The notes beneath the pieces are model-generated. The model searched no databases and was not told where the DNA came from. It saw nothing but the letters and a program-made list of their open reading frames with translations. Shown here piece after piece: positions 39,177-47,769 of a stretch of 64,000 bases of DNA. The number at the start of each line of letters is the position of its first letter. The stretch's first letter is position 1. Made by a program: the position numbers and the translations under genes. The DNA is taken from the IMG/VR virus record IMGVR_UViG_3300005512_000014. One strand, 5' to 3'. Source of the stretch: an uncultured virus (IMG/VR IMGVR_UViG_3300005512_000014) (taxonomy: Duplodnaviria; Heunggongvirae; Uroviricota; Caudoviricetes).

Positions 39177-39733
39177 TTAAGCAACTTCGTAAATTCTGGA
39201 ACGAGCAGGAACTGGCTGAGATTTACGCAAAGCCGCATGACCACACTAAGTGGGGCCACGGCCACCATCTTCGTATTGAGTTCTCTATCAATCTCGGTAG
39301 GTGGGCAAAGCAGAACTACCGGTGTAACTCTTTGGGCGATCTAAGTTGCGGTAACGCCGCAGCAGCACACGGCATCGCATGTAACAACCTTTTTCTTGGC
39401 GACTTCGCCCCCGGTTACCAGTTCACTGGCCCAATCGAACAAACCATCTATCAAATGCCTAACGTCGATCTTTTCGTCAACCTAGAGACGTTAGAGCACT
39501 TAGAGGAACCGGGAGAGGTACTCAAACTGATTCGGGCTAAATCGCGTACGCTACTGTTGTCTACGCCCATTGAAGCGTGGGAGGACGGCACACCAGAGCA
39601 CTATTGGGCGTGGGATACAGAAGGTGTCGAAAGCCTAATGACTGAGGCTGGGTGGAAGCCAACGATGTACGCCACTCTGGATTCTGGATACATCGGAGAA
39701 GCGTACAAGTACGGGTTCTGGGTAGCGACTTAG
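39173..39733 (+). CDS. SAM-dependent methyltransferase-like protein
   Basis: DLSCGN, ETLEHL..P, LLSTP. Confidence 0.75.
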   Translation: MIKQLRKFWNEQELAEIYAKPHDHTKWGHGHHLRIEFSINLGRWAKQNYRCNSLGDLSCGNAAAAHGIACNNLFLGDFAPGYQFTGPIEQTIYQMPNVDLFVNLETLEHLEEPGEVLKLIRAKSRTLLLSTPIEAWEDGTPEHYWAWDTEGVESLMTEAGWKPTMYATLDSGYIGEAYKYGFWVAT

Positions 39734-39927
39734 CCGAACTGTCCTCTGCTGGCTTGGCTACGGTCAAGCATACGGGTGTACCACGGTTGACGTTTGACCC
39801 ACTGCACCACTTCTTTTCTGTGGTCTTTATCAAACAATGGCCCCTCGCCTTGTTTTTGGGGGTAGGGGTCTTGGCGCGCCCACTCACCGTGCTCTTCCCA
39901 GAGATCGTCGTCTGTAAACCTAGTCAT
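39730..39927 (-). CDS. Small hypothetical protein
   Basis: MTRFTDDDLW...; coupled to the upstream 30-aa ORF 39920..40012. Confidence 0.5.
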   Translation of the reverse strand: MTRFTDDDLWEEHGEWARQDPYPQKQGEGPLFDKDHRKEVVQWVKRQPWYTRMLDRSQASRGQFG

Positions 39928-40011
39928 CTTGTTCTTCCTTAGGTAGAACAACGACTACCCACGACTTAGTACCGTCTGAATTGACTCGCCAATAACCCTT
40001 TGTCTTAGCCA

Positions 40012-40371
40012 TTATTCTTCCTCCCAGTCCATTACCTCTGATGGACGTAAATTTTGGGGTACATGGCCCTGTTCTTGGTAGCCACGCACGGGCACTCCTC
40101 GCCCGTCTAGGTCTTGCCAACGCCATGCGGTAGCAGGCACGTGTGTCAGGCCAGCCTGACGGGACGCCTCAAGGCGGTGATGACCCTCTGCCAGCATTGC
40201 CCTGCGATCTGTCTTACCGTAGGTAACGATGACCGGTTCCTGAACGCCCCGCTCTTTGATGTCCTTCGACAGTTCTGACACGTCATAACGCAGTTCGTTG
40301 TTACGCATGGGCAGCAACGCAGCAATGGGCACCATCTCGGTGAACTGATTGAATTGCGGTCCTAAAGCCAT
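40012..40371 (-). CDS. ParB/Srx-like single-domain protein with MALGPQF tag
   Basis: L..DIKERGVQEPV...EGHHRL.A...G...VP. Confidence 0.8.
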   Translation of the reverse strand: MALGPQFNQFTEMVPIAALLPMRNNELRYDVSELSKDIKERGVQEPVIVTYGKTDRRAMLAEGHHRLEASRQAGLTHVPATAWRWQDLDGRGVPVRGYQEQGHVPQNLRPSEVMDWEEE

Positions 40372-40466
40372 TACAACCCTCCGAGCACTCCGACGCCAAC
40401 AATGCCCCACATAGCACCGGCAATTACGAAGCAAAAACCGATAAGTGCTGTTGTGAGCCTGTACAT
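40371..40466 (-). CDS. 31-aa membrane peptide
   Basis: Read by hand: MYRLTTALIGFCFVIAGAMWGIVGVGVLGGL; TAATG coupling. Confidence 0.5.
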   Translation of the reverse strand: MYRLTTALIGFCFVIAGAMWGIVGVGVLGGL

Positions 40467-40471
40467 AACGC

Positions 40472-41083
40472 TCAGTCTACGATAAACCCAAGTCTGGGAA
40501 CCTCTAAATGGCCGTCTGCATCATCAAAATCAGGTTCATACCCTTCAATTACGTCATCTGACCACACGGGGACGATTCGATTGCAGTTCTGGGGGTCAGG
40601 AGAGGGCCTCATATGCACCTCAATCACCTTTCCACCGATAAATTCGACGTTGATTAGCCCAACATCGCTCAATTCCCGCAGGTTGAACATACGAGGTGCC
40701 GCCAATAGTGGTTTTTTCTCCCACTTACTAAAGCGAGACAGATTTTCAGCGCTGTTGAACCCCTCCCACACTGATGTAGCACGCCATTCACCCTCCCAAC
40801 GGTGACTCCACTCGTAGGCAACGCTCAAATGCGTCCCCTCTAACCACTCTGTCCAGAAGTAACCCGGCTCAACTGAGCGGATATCGCCCTCTTCGATCCA
40901 CTGCTTGCGTGCCCCGATGCCCATACCGGACAAGTTCATCACTGGGCGTACGCAATACCAGCCACTTACTGGTGGTCCAACGCCCCCCGGACCAGAAGAA
41001 ACACCAAATAGACTAGATACAAAGAGTTTATTGAAGAACTGACGATGCTGTGGGTATTTCTTCCACGCTTCAGCGTCAGTCAC
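40472..41083 (-). CDS. Hypothetical protein, ATP-grasp-like
   Basis: VRP..NL.GMG...EWLEG.HLSV...NVEFIGGKVIEVH.R. Confidence 0.55.
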   Translation of the reverse strand: MTDAEAWKKYPQHRQFFNKLFVSSLFGVSSGPGGVGPPVSGWYCVRPVMNLSGMGIGARKQWIEEGDIRSVEPGYFWTEWLEGTHLSVAYEWSHRWEGEWRATSVWEGFNSAENLSRFSKWEKKPLLAAPRMFNLRELSDVGLINVEFIGGKVIEVHMRPSPDPQNCNRIVPVWSDDVIEGYEPDFDDADGHLEVPRLGFIVD

Positions 41084-41579
41084 TCGTTCTCCTTCTACTG
41101 TCTCCCTCAAAAAACCCTGTCTTGGGATCGAATTGAACCTCGCTTATGACTCTCAATCTAGGAGCCATCCATGCGTCCATGTCTAGGTCTAGGTTGGTGT
41201 CTCGCTGCACTTGCCCGATAGGTTCAACTCGGTATAGACGCCCTCTACCCCCCCGCCCATCGTGTGCATAATCTGTGGCTACCTCTACATCCCTTGCAAA
41301 GAAGGCATTATCTTTGAAATGCGCAAACTCGCCTTCGGACGGATATTCAAACTGTGAATGAGCACCCTCACTGACTGGGATGATGTGATCACCGGGTTGT
41401 AACACTGCGGAGGTGCCGTGGTACCCCACAGACGGAGGTTCAGGCTCCCGTCGCTTGCGGTGTACGTCAGGATTGTTACCTAAAGGCCTACCCTTACTGA
41501 CCGCACCCGATTGTCGCTGAGACGCCGTACGGTAGGGAGCCGCTTTTTTATACACTCGCTTAGGTTTTGGTGCTTCCAT
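41076..41579 (-). CDS. Arr-like ADP-ribosyltransferase
   Basis: YHGT..LQPGD.I...A..YA...RLYRVEPIG...D...LRVISE parallels the Arr family layout. Confidence 0.72.
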   Translation of the reverse strand: MEAPKPKRVYKKAAPYRTASQRQSGAVSKGRPLGNNPDVHRKRREPEPPSVGYHGTSAVLQPGDHIIPVSEGAHSQFEYPSEGEFAHFKDNAFFARDVEVATDYAHDGRGGRGRLYRVEPIGQVQRDTNLDLDMDAWMAPRLRVISEVQFDPKTGFFEGDSRRRTSD

Positions 41580-41584
41580 CGTTC

Positions 41585-41866
41585 TTACCTCGCTTTAGGG
41601 AACGACACGATTTCCCCTACCTCTAAACCTACAGGATCGTACCCAGCACTTTCAGTCTCTTGTTCAACGTATTCACTTTTAGGTGTAACTGAGTAAACTG
41701 TTCCAAATAGTCTTCCTTCACTAAGGGCTTTATTAGCAGCATAACGCTCAGCCACTTTGAGGTCTGAGGTGGCGTATGCTCCGTAACCTCGTTCACCGGG
41801 GCGCACGTCACCAACAATCCCCCCACCAGTACCGTGGTACAGGGAAAACTGTGGCCCTAACGCCAT
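41585..41866 (-). CDS. Small ADP-ribosyltransferase-fold protein with MALGPQF tag
   Basis: LYHGT...AYATSD..VA.RYA...VY.V.P. Confidence 0.68.
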   Translation of the reverse strand: MALGPQFSLYHGTGGGIVGDVRPGERGYGAYATSDLKVAERYAANKALSEGRLFGTVYSVTPKSEYVEQETESAGYDPVGLEVGEIVSFPKAR

Positions 41867-42213
41867 CAGTACTCGCCCATCTTCTGTGAGTGCCTGATCT
41901 CCCAACTCGGTGGGAAGTCCACTGCCTTCACGACGTTCAGACCTTCTGGGTCGCTCACGTAGGAGTCGTGTTCTGAAAACTCGACCCCAGAGCGAGGGGT
42001 CACTTCGTAGACAGTGCCAAAGAGACGGTGCTGACCCTCGAACGGTGCGGAGGCCATGGATGCGTAGGTCTGCGCTCGGTGTCCTTCGTCGCCGTAGACG
42101 GCGTACGCCCCGAATCCGTAACGTCCTCGGTTGGGGCGAACAACACCCCCTTCGATTTCACCAGCGGTACCGTGATACAACTTGTCTGGGTCAAACTGGG
42201 GTCCTAGAGCCAT
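41866..42213 (-). CDS. Small ADP-ribosyltransferase-fold protein with MALGPQF tag (paralog of 41585..41866)
   Basis: LYHGT...GAYA...RLFGTVYEVTP...DPEGL.V. Confidence 0.68.
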   Translation of the reverse strand: MALGPQFDPDKLYHGTAGEIEGGVVRPNRGRYGFGAYAVYGDEGHRAQTYASMASAPFEGQHRLFGTVYEVTPRSGVEFSEHDSYVSDPEGLNVVKAVDFPPSWEIRHSQKMGEY

Positions 42214-42947
42214 CAGTCCATCCCCGGAATTTTCACAGCGTTAGGGTCATCGTCTGGGTTATAAGAAGCGCCCCCATCACGTTGGCTTTCAAACTCTTGT
42301 AGTGCTTCAAACTGGGGGGACAAAGCGCGCTGACGCTTTTCTCCACGAAGTGCTTGGTGAATGAGCCTTCTACCAGCATCTACTTCCGAACTACTGACAG
42401 GAGATACTTCTGCACCGTAATAGGTTCCTTTCGGCAACCCGTCGCGTACACGCACGGTGCGGTCATACATGGGCATACGGTTAGTTACTTCAGCATCACG
42501 GTTCGCTGGGTGCCCTTGTACAACTCCCGCATCGATACCGCGCTGAACGATACGACTGCTGTATTTTGATAGGTCGTCAGATGCCAAGGTCCCCGGCCCC
42601 CCACGTTCCAAAGCCAAACCTAACAATGTCCCAACGGTGTGCTTCATCCTCGGATCGGCAAACAGCCCCGTGATCTCTGCTGGCTTACGCATGAACATCT
42701 GGGGAGTATCGCGTTGTTGCCGCTTCGCCTCTTCCTTGACGTGCCAAGGCTCATTCTTCAGCGCTTTTTCAATCTCAAAGTCAGTATGCGATTCATCCAA
42801 CCTGTTACCGACGATTGGTCTTTCTTCTGCATCGTCCATTTCAACACGTGCAGCGGCGTAGTCGTTACCGTCTGTATTGCGAGGCTGCTCTCCTACAGCG
42901 TGGAAAACGGTTGCGCTCCCTGCCTGTTCTTTAAAGTACTTAGCCAT
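42213..42947 (-). CDS. Hypothetical protein, possible degenerate GNAT fold, internal ALSPQF
   Basis: ITGLFADP....VGTLL...LS..S..IV; RBS GGAGG. Confidence 0.45.
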   Translation of the reverse strand: MAKYFKEQAGSATVFHAVGEQPRNTDGNDYAAARVEMDDAEERPIVGNRLDESHTDFEIEKALKNEPWHVKEEAKRQQRDTPQMFMRKPAEITGLFADPRMKHTVGTLLGLALERGGPGTLASDDLSKYSSRIVQRGIDAGVVQGHPANRDAEVTNRMPMYDRTVRVRDGLPKGTYYGAEVSPVSSSEVDAGRRLIHQALRGEKRQRALSPQFEALQEFESQRDGGASYNPDDDPNAVKIPGMD

Positions 42948-43073
42948 ACGCAATACCTCCGAGGACTAAGTTACTACTTCAGTACTCAGAGGGGGCCGAA
43001 ATTGACCAGTTTGGGGGCTACGGACGGATTACTACGGCATGAGGGAACAAGCCCTCATAGAAACGGAGTAATC

Positions 43074-43292
43074 ATGAACCTAGAACGTGACGTTAAGCGG
43101 GCCGAACGTCTTCGCAAAACGATCTGCGAGGCCATTGAGGAGTTGGAATGCGCCATAGCGCCTGACAAGTGGTCAGCAGACCTTATTTACGCTCTGAAGA
43201 GGCTTGACGAGGCAGAGAACATGGCTTGGATCATGTGGTTGAGCGCACAGTTACGCTTTGAGAGGGCCGAAACTACAGGAAGTACTGAGTAA
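43074..43292 (+). CDS. Small helical hypothetical protein
   Basis: MNLERDVKRAE...; RBS GGAG. Confidence 0.55.
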   Translation: MNLERDVKRAERLRKTICEAIEELECAIAPDKWSADLIYALKRLDEAENMAWIMWLSAQLRFERAETTGSTE

Positions 43293-43719
43293 TTGCCTCG
43301 GCCTGCTCACGTTCCTGTGTGGTCATTGGCTTGGGAGGACCATGACGAGGTCCCTTCTTAGGGGGCTGAGGAATACCGCTATCGCCCCTGTACGCCATGG
43401 GTACGAAAGTCTCTTTACCGGTCGTAGCGTCGATATCAGCCTGAGCAGCGACTCGGTGGTGCTTGTCTTCCAACTCGCTACCTCTACTCGTATGTAGTGC
43501 CGTGACTGTACTCAGAATGGGTTTACCCCCTGAGAGGGCGTCGTAGACACCTGAGCCGTGGCCGGTGTCTCGTGGGGCTTTGGACTCTTCCACCTTGCGC
43601 TCCCACATCTGGTCCATGGTCTCTCCGTCATAGAGGTCGCCAGAGGTGTTGACGTACCCCTTGATCTCCTCAGGGGTCATGAACAGTTTCAGTTGGTCAA
43701 ACTGGGGTCCAAGAGTCAT
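43273..43719 (-). CDS. Degenerate ParB/Srx-like protein with MTLGPQF tag
   Basis: GVYDAL..G.PI...DKHHRVAA...VP. Confidence 0.55.
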   Translation of the reverse strand: MTLGPQFDQLKLFMTPEEIKGYVNTSGDLYDGETMDQMWERKVEESKAPRDTGHGSGVYDALSGGKPILSTVTALHTSRGSELEDKHHRVAAQADIDATTGKETFVPMAYRGDSGIPQPPKKGPRHGPPKPMTTQEREQAEAITQYFL

Positions 43720-43836
43720 GTCGCCAAATTATCAGAACGGGCCTATCAGACGGGGCCAAATTGTGTGTTGCTCAATTTTTGAGGGGGCCTATAGGGTAGT
43801 TGCTCGTTGTCTCGGTGGGTGTTGCCTACCCACGCC

Positions 43837-44185
43837 TGTGGATAAACCTGTGGATAAAGGGTGGGGGGGTGTGGATAACCTGTGGATAACTCACTTTTCC
43901 ACAGGTTCCTGTGGATAACTCGGTACTTTTCCACAGCCTGTGGATAACTTTTCCACAGACTTATCCACAACTAGCCTGTGGATAACTTTATCCACAGGGA
44001 GGCTATACATCCTGTGGATAACTCGGATTTTCTGTGGATAACCCATGCCTGAGACCCCGATTTCTGTGGATAACCCTGTGGATTTCCGTCTGCCCCCCGA
44101 AAATAGACAGGGTGGCACCACAGGGCGGGGCATCCAGAATTGCCCTGATTGCCCCCTATATGGCTGTCTGCCAGCCTGTGGATAA
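43837..44185. promoter_or_regulatory. DnaA-box cluster (oriC-like)
   Basis: 13 perfect TTATCCACA/TGTGGATAA at 43837, 43849, 43870, 43881, 43910, 43939, 43961, 43977, 43988, 44013, 44033, 44065, 44177. Three TTTTCCACA at 43895, 43927, 43949. Confidence 0.9.
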
Positions 44186-44251
44186 CTTCGACGTGGGGGT
44201 CTATGCATAGTTATTCACCCCGATGAATAGATATACAGGTAGGTACAATTA

Positions 44252-44318
44252 TCGAACGTATGTTCGGGGTAGCAAGTATCGAACATATGTTCGGTGTACT
44301 GATCGAACATATGTTCGG
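44252..44318. promoter_or_regulatory. Three tandem LexA (SOS) boxes, Gram-positive/actinobacterial type
   Basis: TCGAAC-GTAT-GTTCGG and twice TCGAAC-ATAT-GTTCGG (CGAAC at 44253, 44280, 44304). Confidence 0.82.
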
Positions 44319-45101
44319 CTATCACTCGCCTGTACGTACGTGCGCGTGCGCGTGCATATGCGCCCATACGCCCGCGTAGCGCGTGTTCCTATGCATCTCC
44401 TTGGGAAATGTCCGTACAATACATTACGATTATTACATCGAATGTTACGATTGTTACAAGGTTGGGGGCGCTGCTACCTTGGTCAATGTCCGAGTGACGG
44501 CGACGGCAACAACGGTCGCCACGGTGCGTGTTCAACGGTGCCACACTCGTGTCGTCATGGTGCCCCATGTGGGGCAGCGGTGCAGCGCAGGCCATCCTGT
44601 GGGTGCGCATCGCTCCGTGACGACTTGTACGCCCCATCGGGTCGGGTTCACCGCCGACCGTGACACGATGACGTGGAACTAGGGCAATCGTTGAATCGTT
44701 CCCCCAATTGGGGGGCGCGACACCACGACCCATCGTGGGCAGGCCGTGCCTGCCCAGTGGCGGTCAATGGTCATGTCATAGCGGGATGCGCCTGCGCGAC
44801 CGTGACCAACCGCAGTGTTCTCTGTACTCGCACAATGACCGGATGTAGCCCACGACCGGCGTGCTCTGTCGCGTCCCCATCGCGGGGGGGCGACGTTGTG
44901 AGAATCGTGAGCGTCTAGTCCCTAGCACCCGGCACCCCTACGTGGGTGCCGGAGGCACCACGACACCGAACCAGTGCATCGTGGTGATGCGCCCCTGCAA
45001 GGGGGCGCGCCCACTGCTCCCCTATGGGGGGTAGTGGGGGCATCCCCTTGCCCATCAACTGTGCCCCATGTGGGGCACACGACCGGAAACGGAGACAACC
45101 A

Positions 45102-45752
45102 ATGACCATCAAACTCAACACCGCGCCCGAACTGGCCACCGTAGTCAATGCGGTCAGGACGTGGGACGCTGACGCCAAGACTCTCAACGACCTGACCAAC
45201 CTCGTTGCCGCGGGATTCGATAACGTGCTCCGTCGCATCGTGGAGGCCGTCGAGTGTGGCCACGCCGACAAGAGTGGTCGCAAACTCGCTGCCGAGGCCA
45301 AGCGACAAGGCGTGACCCTGTTCACCAACGGCGGTAAGGCACCGTCGGACAAGTGGTTTGACCGCCACCACGCCATCGGCGTCTTCTACATCGCCGTCGA
45401 TGACCAGATCGACGCCGACAAGGCCGTCGAACTCACCGCCGGTCTTGGACACGGCGAGGGCAAGGTCACACCGGCCATGCTCCGCGACACCGTCAGTGAG
45501 GCCGTGACCGACGGCAAGGACGTGCTCCGCGCCGTGGCTGCATTGTTTGCAGCGCGCCACGACGACGACGACACCGACGACACCGACGGTGAAGGCGAGG
45601 GCGAGGGCGACGACACTAAGGCACCGACCACCGATGCCGACCTCGTCGATGCCATCGGCAACATCCTCAAGGGATGGCAGCACGACGGCACCGCCACCGC
45701 CGACGACCTGTTAGCCCTTGTGGCCAGCGTCGCCACGCCGGTCTACTCGTGA
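45102..45752 (+). CDS. Hypothetical protein, first gene of the plus-strand region, with acidic linker
   Basis: RBS GGAG, strong codon bias, DDDDTDDTDGEGEGEGDD tract. Confidence 0.8.
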   Translation: MTIKLNTAPELATVVNAVRTWDADAKTLNDLTNLVAAGFDNVLRRIVEAVECGHADKSGRKLAAEAKRQGVTLFTNGGKAPSDKWFDRHHAIGVFYIAVDDQIDADKAVELTAGLGHGEGKVTPAMLRDTVSEAVTDGKDVLRAVAALFAARHDDDDTDDTDGEGEGEGDDTKAPTTDADLVDAIGNILKGWQHDGTATADDLLALVASVATPVYS

Positions 45753-45794
45753 CTAGTGACCCTGCCCCACGTGGGGCAGGGTTCACCATCGACA

Positions 45795-45821
45795 CGACCT
45801 GAGCATGTCGTAAAACTGCTC
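45795..45821 (+). ncRNA. Putative H-type pseudoknot, copy 1
   Basis: CGAC-CT-GAGCA-T-GTCG-TAAAAC-TGCTC. Confidence 0.55.
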
Positions 45822-45912
45822 CGGCCAGTAACCGTCAGGTCGTACCTAATTTGTGGATTGACGGAGTTTGCGGAATTGTTTGTGCCGAGCACCCGCAGGC
45901 GCATATCGGTAC

Positions 45913-45940
45913 CGACCTGAGCATGTCGTAAAACTGCTCA
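45913..45940 (+). ncRNA. Putative H-type pseudoknot, copy 2
   Basis: Same 27-mer as copy 1. Confidence 0.55.
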
Positions 45941-46037
45941 CCCCCCCACGGTAGAGCCTGACAAGCATCTCCCACCTCTACCACTCCACCAACCAACCAA
46001 CCGTGCCCCACGTGGGGCACTGAGAGGAACCAACACA

Positions 46038-46448
46038 ATGAACATGCAACTCAACCCTGAGACCGGCGAGTACACACCAGTCATCCGACTGGGTCACCCC
46101 GAACTGTTCGACGCCATCACTGGCGCAGGTGCCCTAGACCACTATCCATGGTACGTGAGCCACAAGTTCATGCTCACCGCGCATGACGACGACGGCTACG
46201 GCAGCGGTAACCGATGCGTCGTCATTATGGACACCGGCGACACGACCCCAGCGGGCGCGCAGTTGCTGGCACGCAAGGTGCTGTCTCCCAACCGCTTGCG
46301 CAAGGTCGTCGTCCAGATGATTCTGGACGACCATCCTGCCGTCACATCCATCGACTGGGCTGACCCATACTGCGACGCGGACATCGACGCAAATATCGCA
46401 GACTGCATCATTCAGACCTGCATCCTTGGCACGGTGGTGTTCGGGTGA
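46038..46448 (+). CDS. Hypothetical protein
   Basis: RBS GAGG; C-terminal DA.IAD.IIQ..ILG.VVFG. Confidence 0.75.
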   Translation: MNMQLNPETGEYTPVIRLGHPELFDAITGAGALDHYPWYVSHKFMLTAHDDDGYGSGNRCVVIMDTGDTTPAGAQLLARKVLSPNRLRKVVVQMILDDHPAVTSIDWADPYCDADIDANIADCIIQTCILGTVVFG

Positions 46449-46569
46449 CATTCACCATCGTCAACGCCATCGCCCAGTTCACTTTCATCACCACCGCCGT
46501 CGTCCTGACGGCGGTGGTGTTGCGCCGTTATCCCGACTGATGCCCCACGTGGGGCAGATAGGAACAACC

Positions 46570-46836
46570 ATGACAATCAAAAACCTCATCCCCACCGCCC
46601 TCGCAAAGGGCAAAGCGTACGCCTCCAACAAGAAGTGGAGTGCAGTGCGTACAGACAACGGCAAGGTCGTCGTGTACCACTACACCACGGCCATGCTGTG
46701 GGTTCTGCCCGATGGCACCCCCGAACCCATCTCGCGGGGCTACGGCTCCATGTCCGACAAGCAAGGCGTGCGCGAAGTGCTCGCCGGTATCGGTATCGAC
46801 ATGTCCTACAACGACTTCTACAAGGAGACACGATGA
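46570..46836 (+). CDS. Hypothetical protein
   Basis: MTIKNLIPT...; starts just after a palindrome and RBS. Confidence 0.7.
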   Translation: MTIKNLIPTALAKGKAYASNKKWSAVRTDNGKVVVYHYTTAMLWVLPDGTPEPISRGYGSMSDKQGVREVLAGIGIDMSYNDFYKETR

Positions 46837-47072
46837 GCGGAGTACACCGTAATACCGTAATCCCCACCGACGCGGGCACTATCGAAGTGTCATCAGTTCG
46901 GGGCAGGGTCGGTTTGGCACACATAAATGAAACATGTGTGTTCCTGCCCCCAATACTGGCAACCCTCCACGGTTGCCAGTCAGAAGTAGTCGGCACCTAC
47001 GACGACCATGCCCGCGTGGTCGATGCCATCCGCCTACTCAACGCAATCATCGTGCCCCACGTGGGGCACTGA
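46833..47072 (+). CDS. Hypothetical protein
   Basis: ATGA coupling; RBS AAGGAG. Confidence 0.6.
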   Translation: MSGVHRNTVIPTDAGTIEVSSVRGRVGLAHINETCVFLPPILATLHGCQSEVVGTYDDHARVVDAIRLLNAIIVPHVGH

Positions 47073-47086
47073 GAGGAGACACCACA

Positions 47087-47737
47087 ATGTCATTACCTAG
47101 CAAAAAGCAGACGAGGTTCATTCAGACCCTCGTAGAAGACCGCCAGCAGGCTCTCGCCGGTGAGTACGCTCACCTGCTCCAGCACCCTGTCAACACTCTG
47201 CAAGAGGCCAGTGCTCTGATCGAAGCCCTGCTCAAGGTGGAGGTCGACCCCCGCGTGGTCGACCCTGCCGAACAGGCGCGCATCGGCGCGCTGGTGGACA
47301 ACATGCCCAACCTGTCCCCCGACGACCGTGACTTCGCCCAGTCACTGGCTACCCAGTTCAACGCAAAGGGGCGACTCAGTGACCGGCAGTGGCTCTTTGT
47401 CGACCAACTGGCCATCAAGACGGAGGCCACTTGCGACCCCCAAGAGGGGGACATCGTGTGGGCACACGGTAACTACTACATCGTGCGGTTGAGTAAGCAC
47501 GGTCGCCCCTACGCCAGCGTTCTTAGAGGGCGTAACTGGGAGTATGCACCACGCCATATGCCCCTCGTACGGAGTGGTCGGATTGTGACCGGCGACGAAC
47601 TCGCTGCATTCGCAAAGGAGTACGGTGACAGTTGGCACCGTTGTATCTTCTGCGCGCTGCCACTCAACGACGAACGGTCAGTCAGCGCAGGATACGGTGA
47701 AGTCTGCGCTGGTAATAATGGCCTACCGTGGGGCTGA
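47087..47737 (+). CDS. DUF6011-like Zn-finger protein
   Basis: C-terminal CIFC..PL.D.RS...GYG.VCA; internal LS.RQW. Confidence 0.75.
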   Translation: MSLPSKKQTRFIQTLVEDRQQALAGEYAHLLQHPVNTLQEASALIEALLKVEVDPRVVDPAEQARIGALVDNMPNLSPDDRDFAQSLATQFNAKGRLSDRQWLFVDQLAIKTEATCDPQEGDIVWAHGNYYIVRLSKHGRPYASVLRGRNWEYAPRHMPLVRSGRIVTGDELAAFAKEYGDSWHRCIFCALPLNDERSVSAGYGEVCAGNNGLPWG

Positions 47738-47769
47738 TGCCCCACGTGGGGCACTGAAAGGAGACAACC

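Noticed and set aside
43837..44185. Host chromosomal oriC, i.e. a prophage boundary
   Set aside because: No dnaA, dnaN or rpmH nearby, and both flanks carry phage-type genes. A misassembly cannot be excluded without reads.
43746..44663. ORFs 43746..43970, 43891..44208 and 44223..44663
   Set aside because: Their repeated peptides (LWI, YPQ, RTYVR) are translations of the DnaA and LexA boxes; no RBS or coding bias.
44922..45683. Long antisense ORFs (also 24011..24604, 26298..27020, 42639..43073)
   Set aside because: Shadows of codon-biased genes on the opposite strand.
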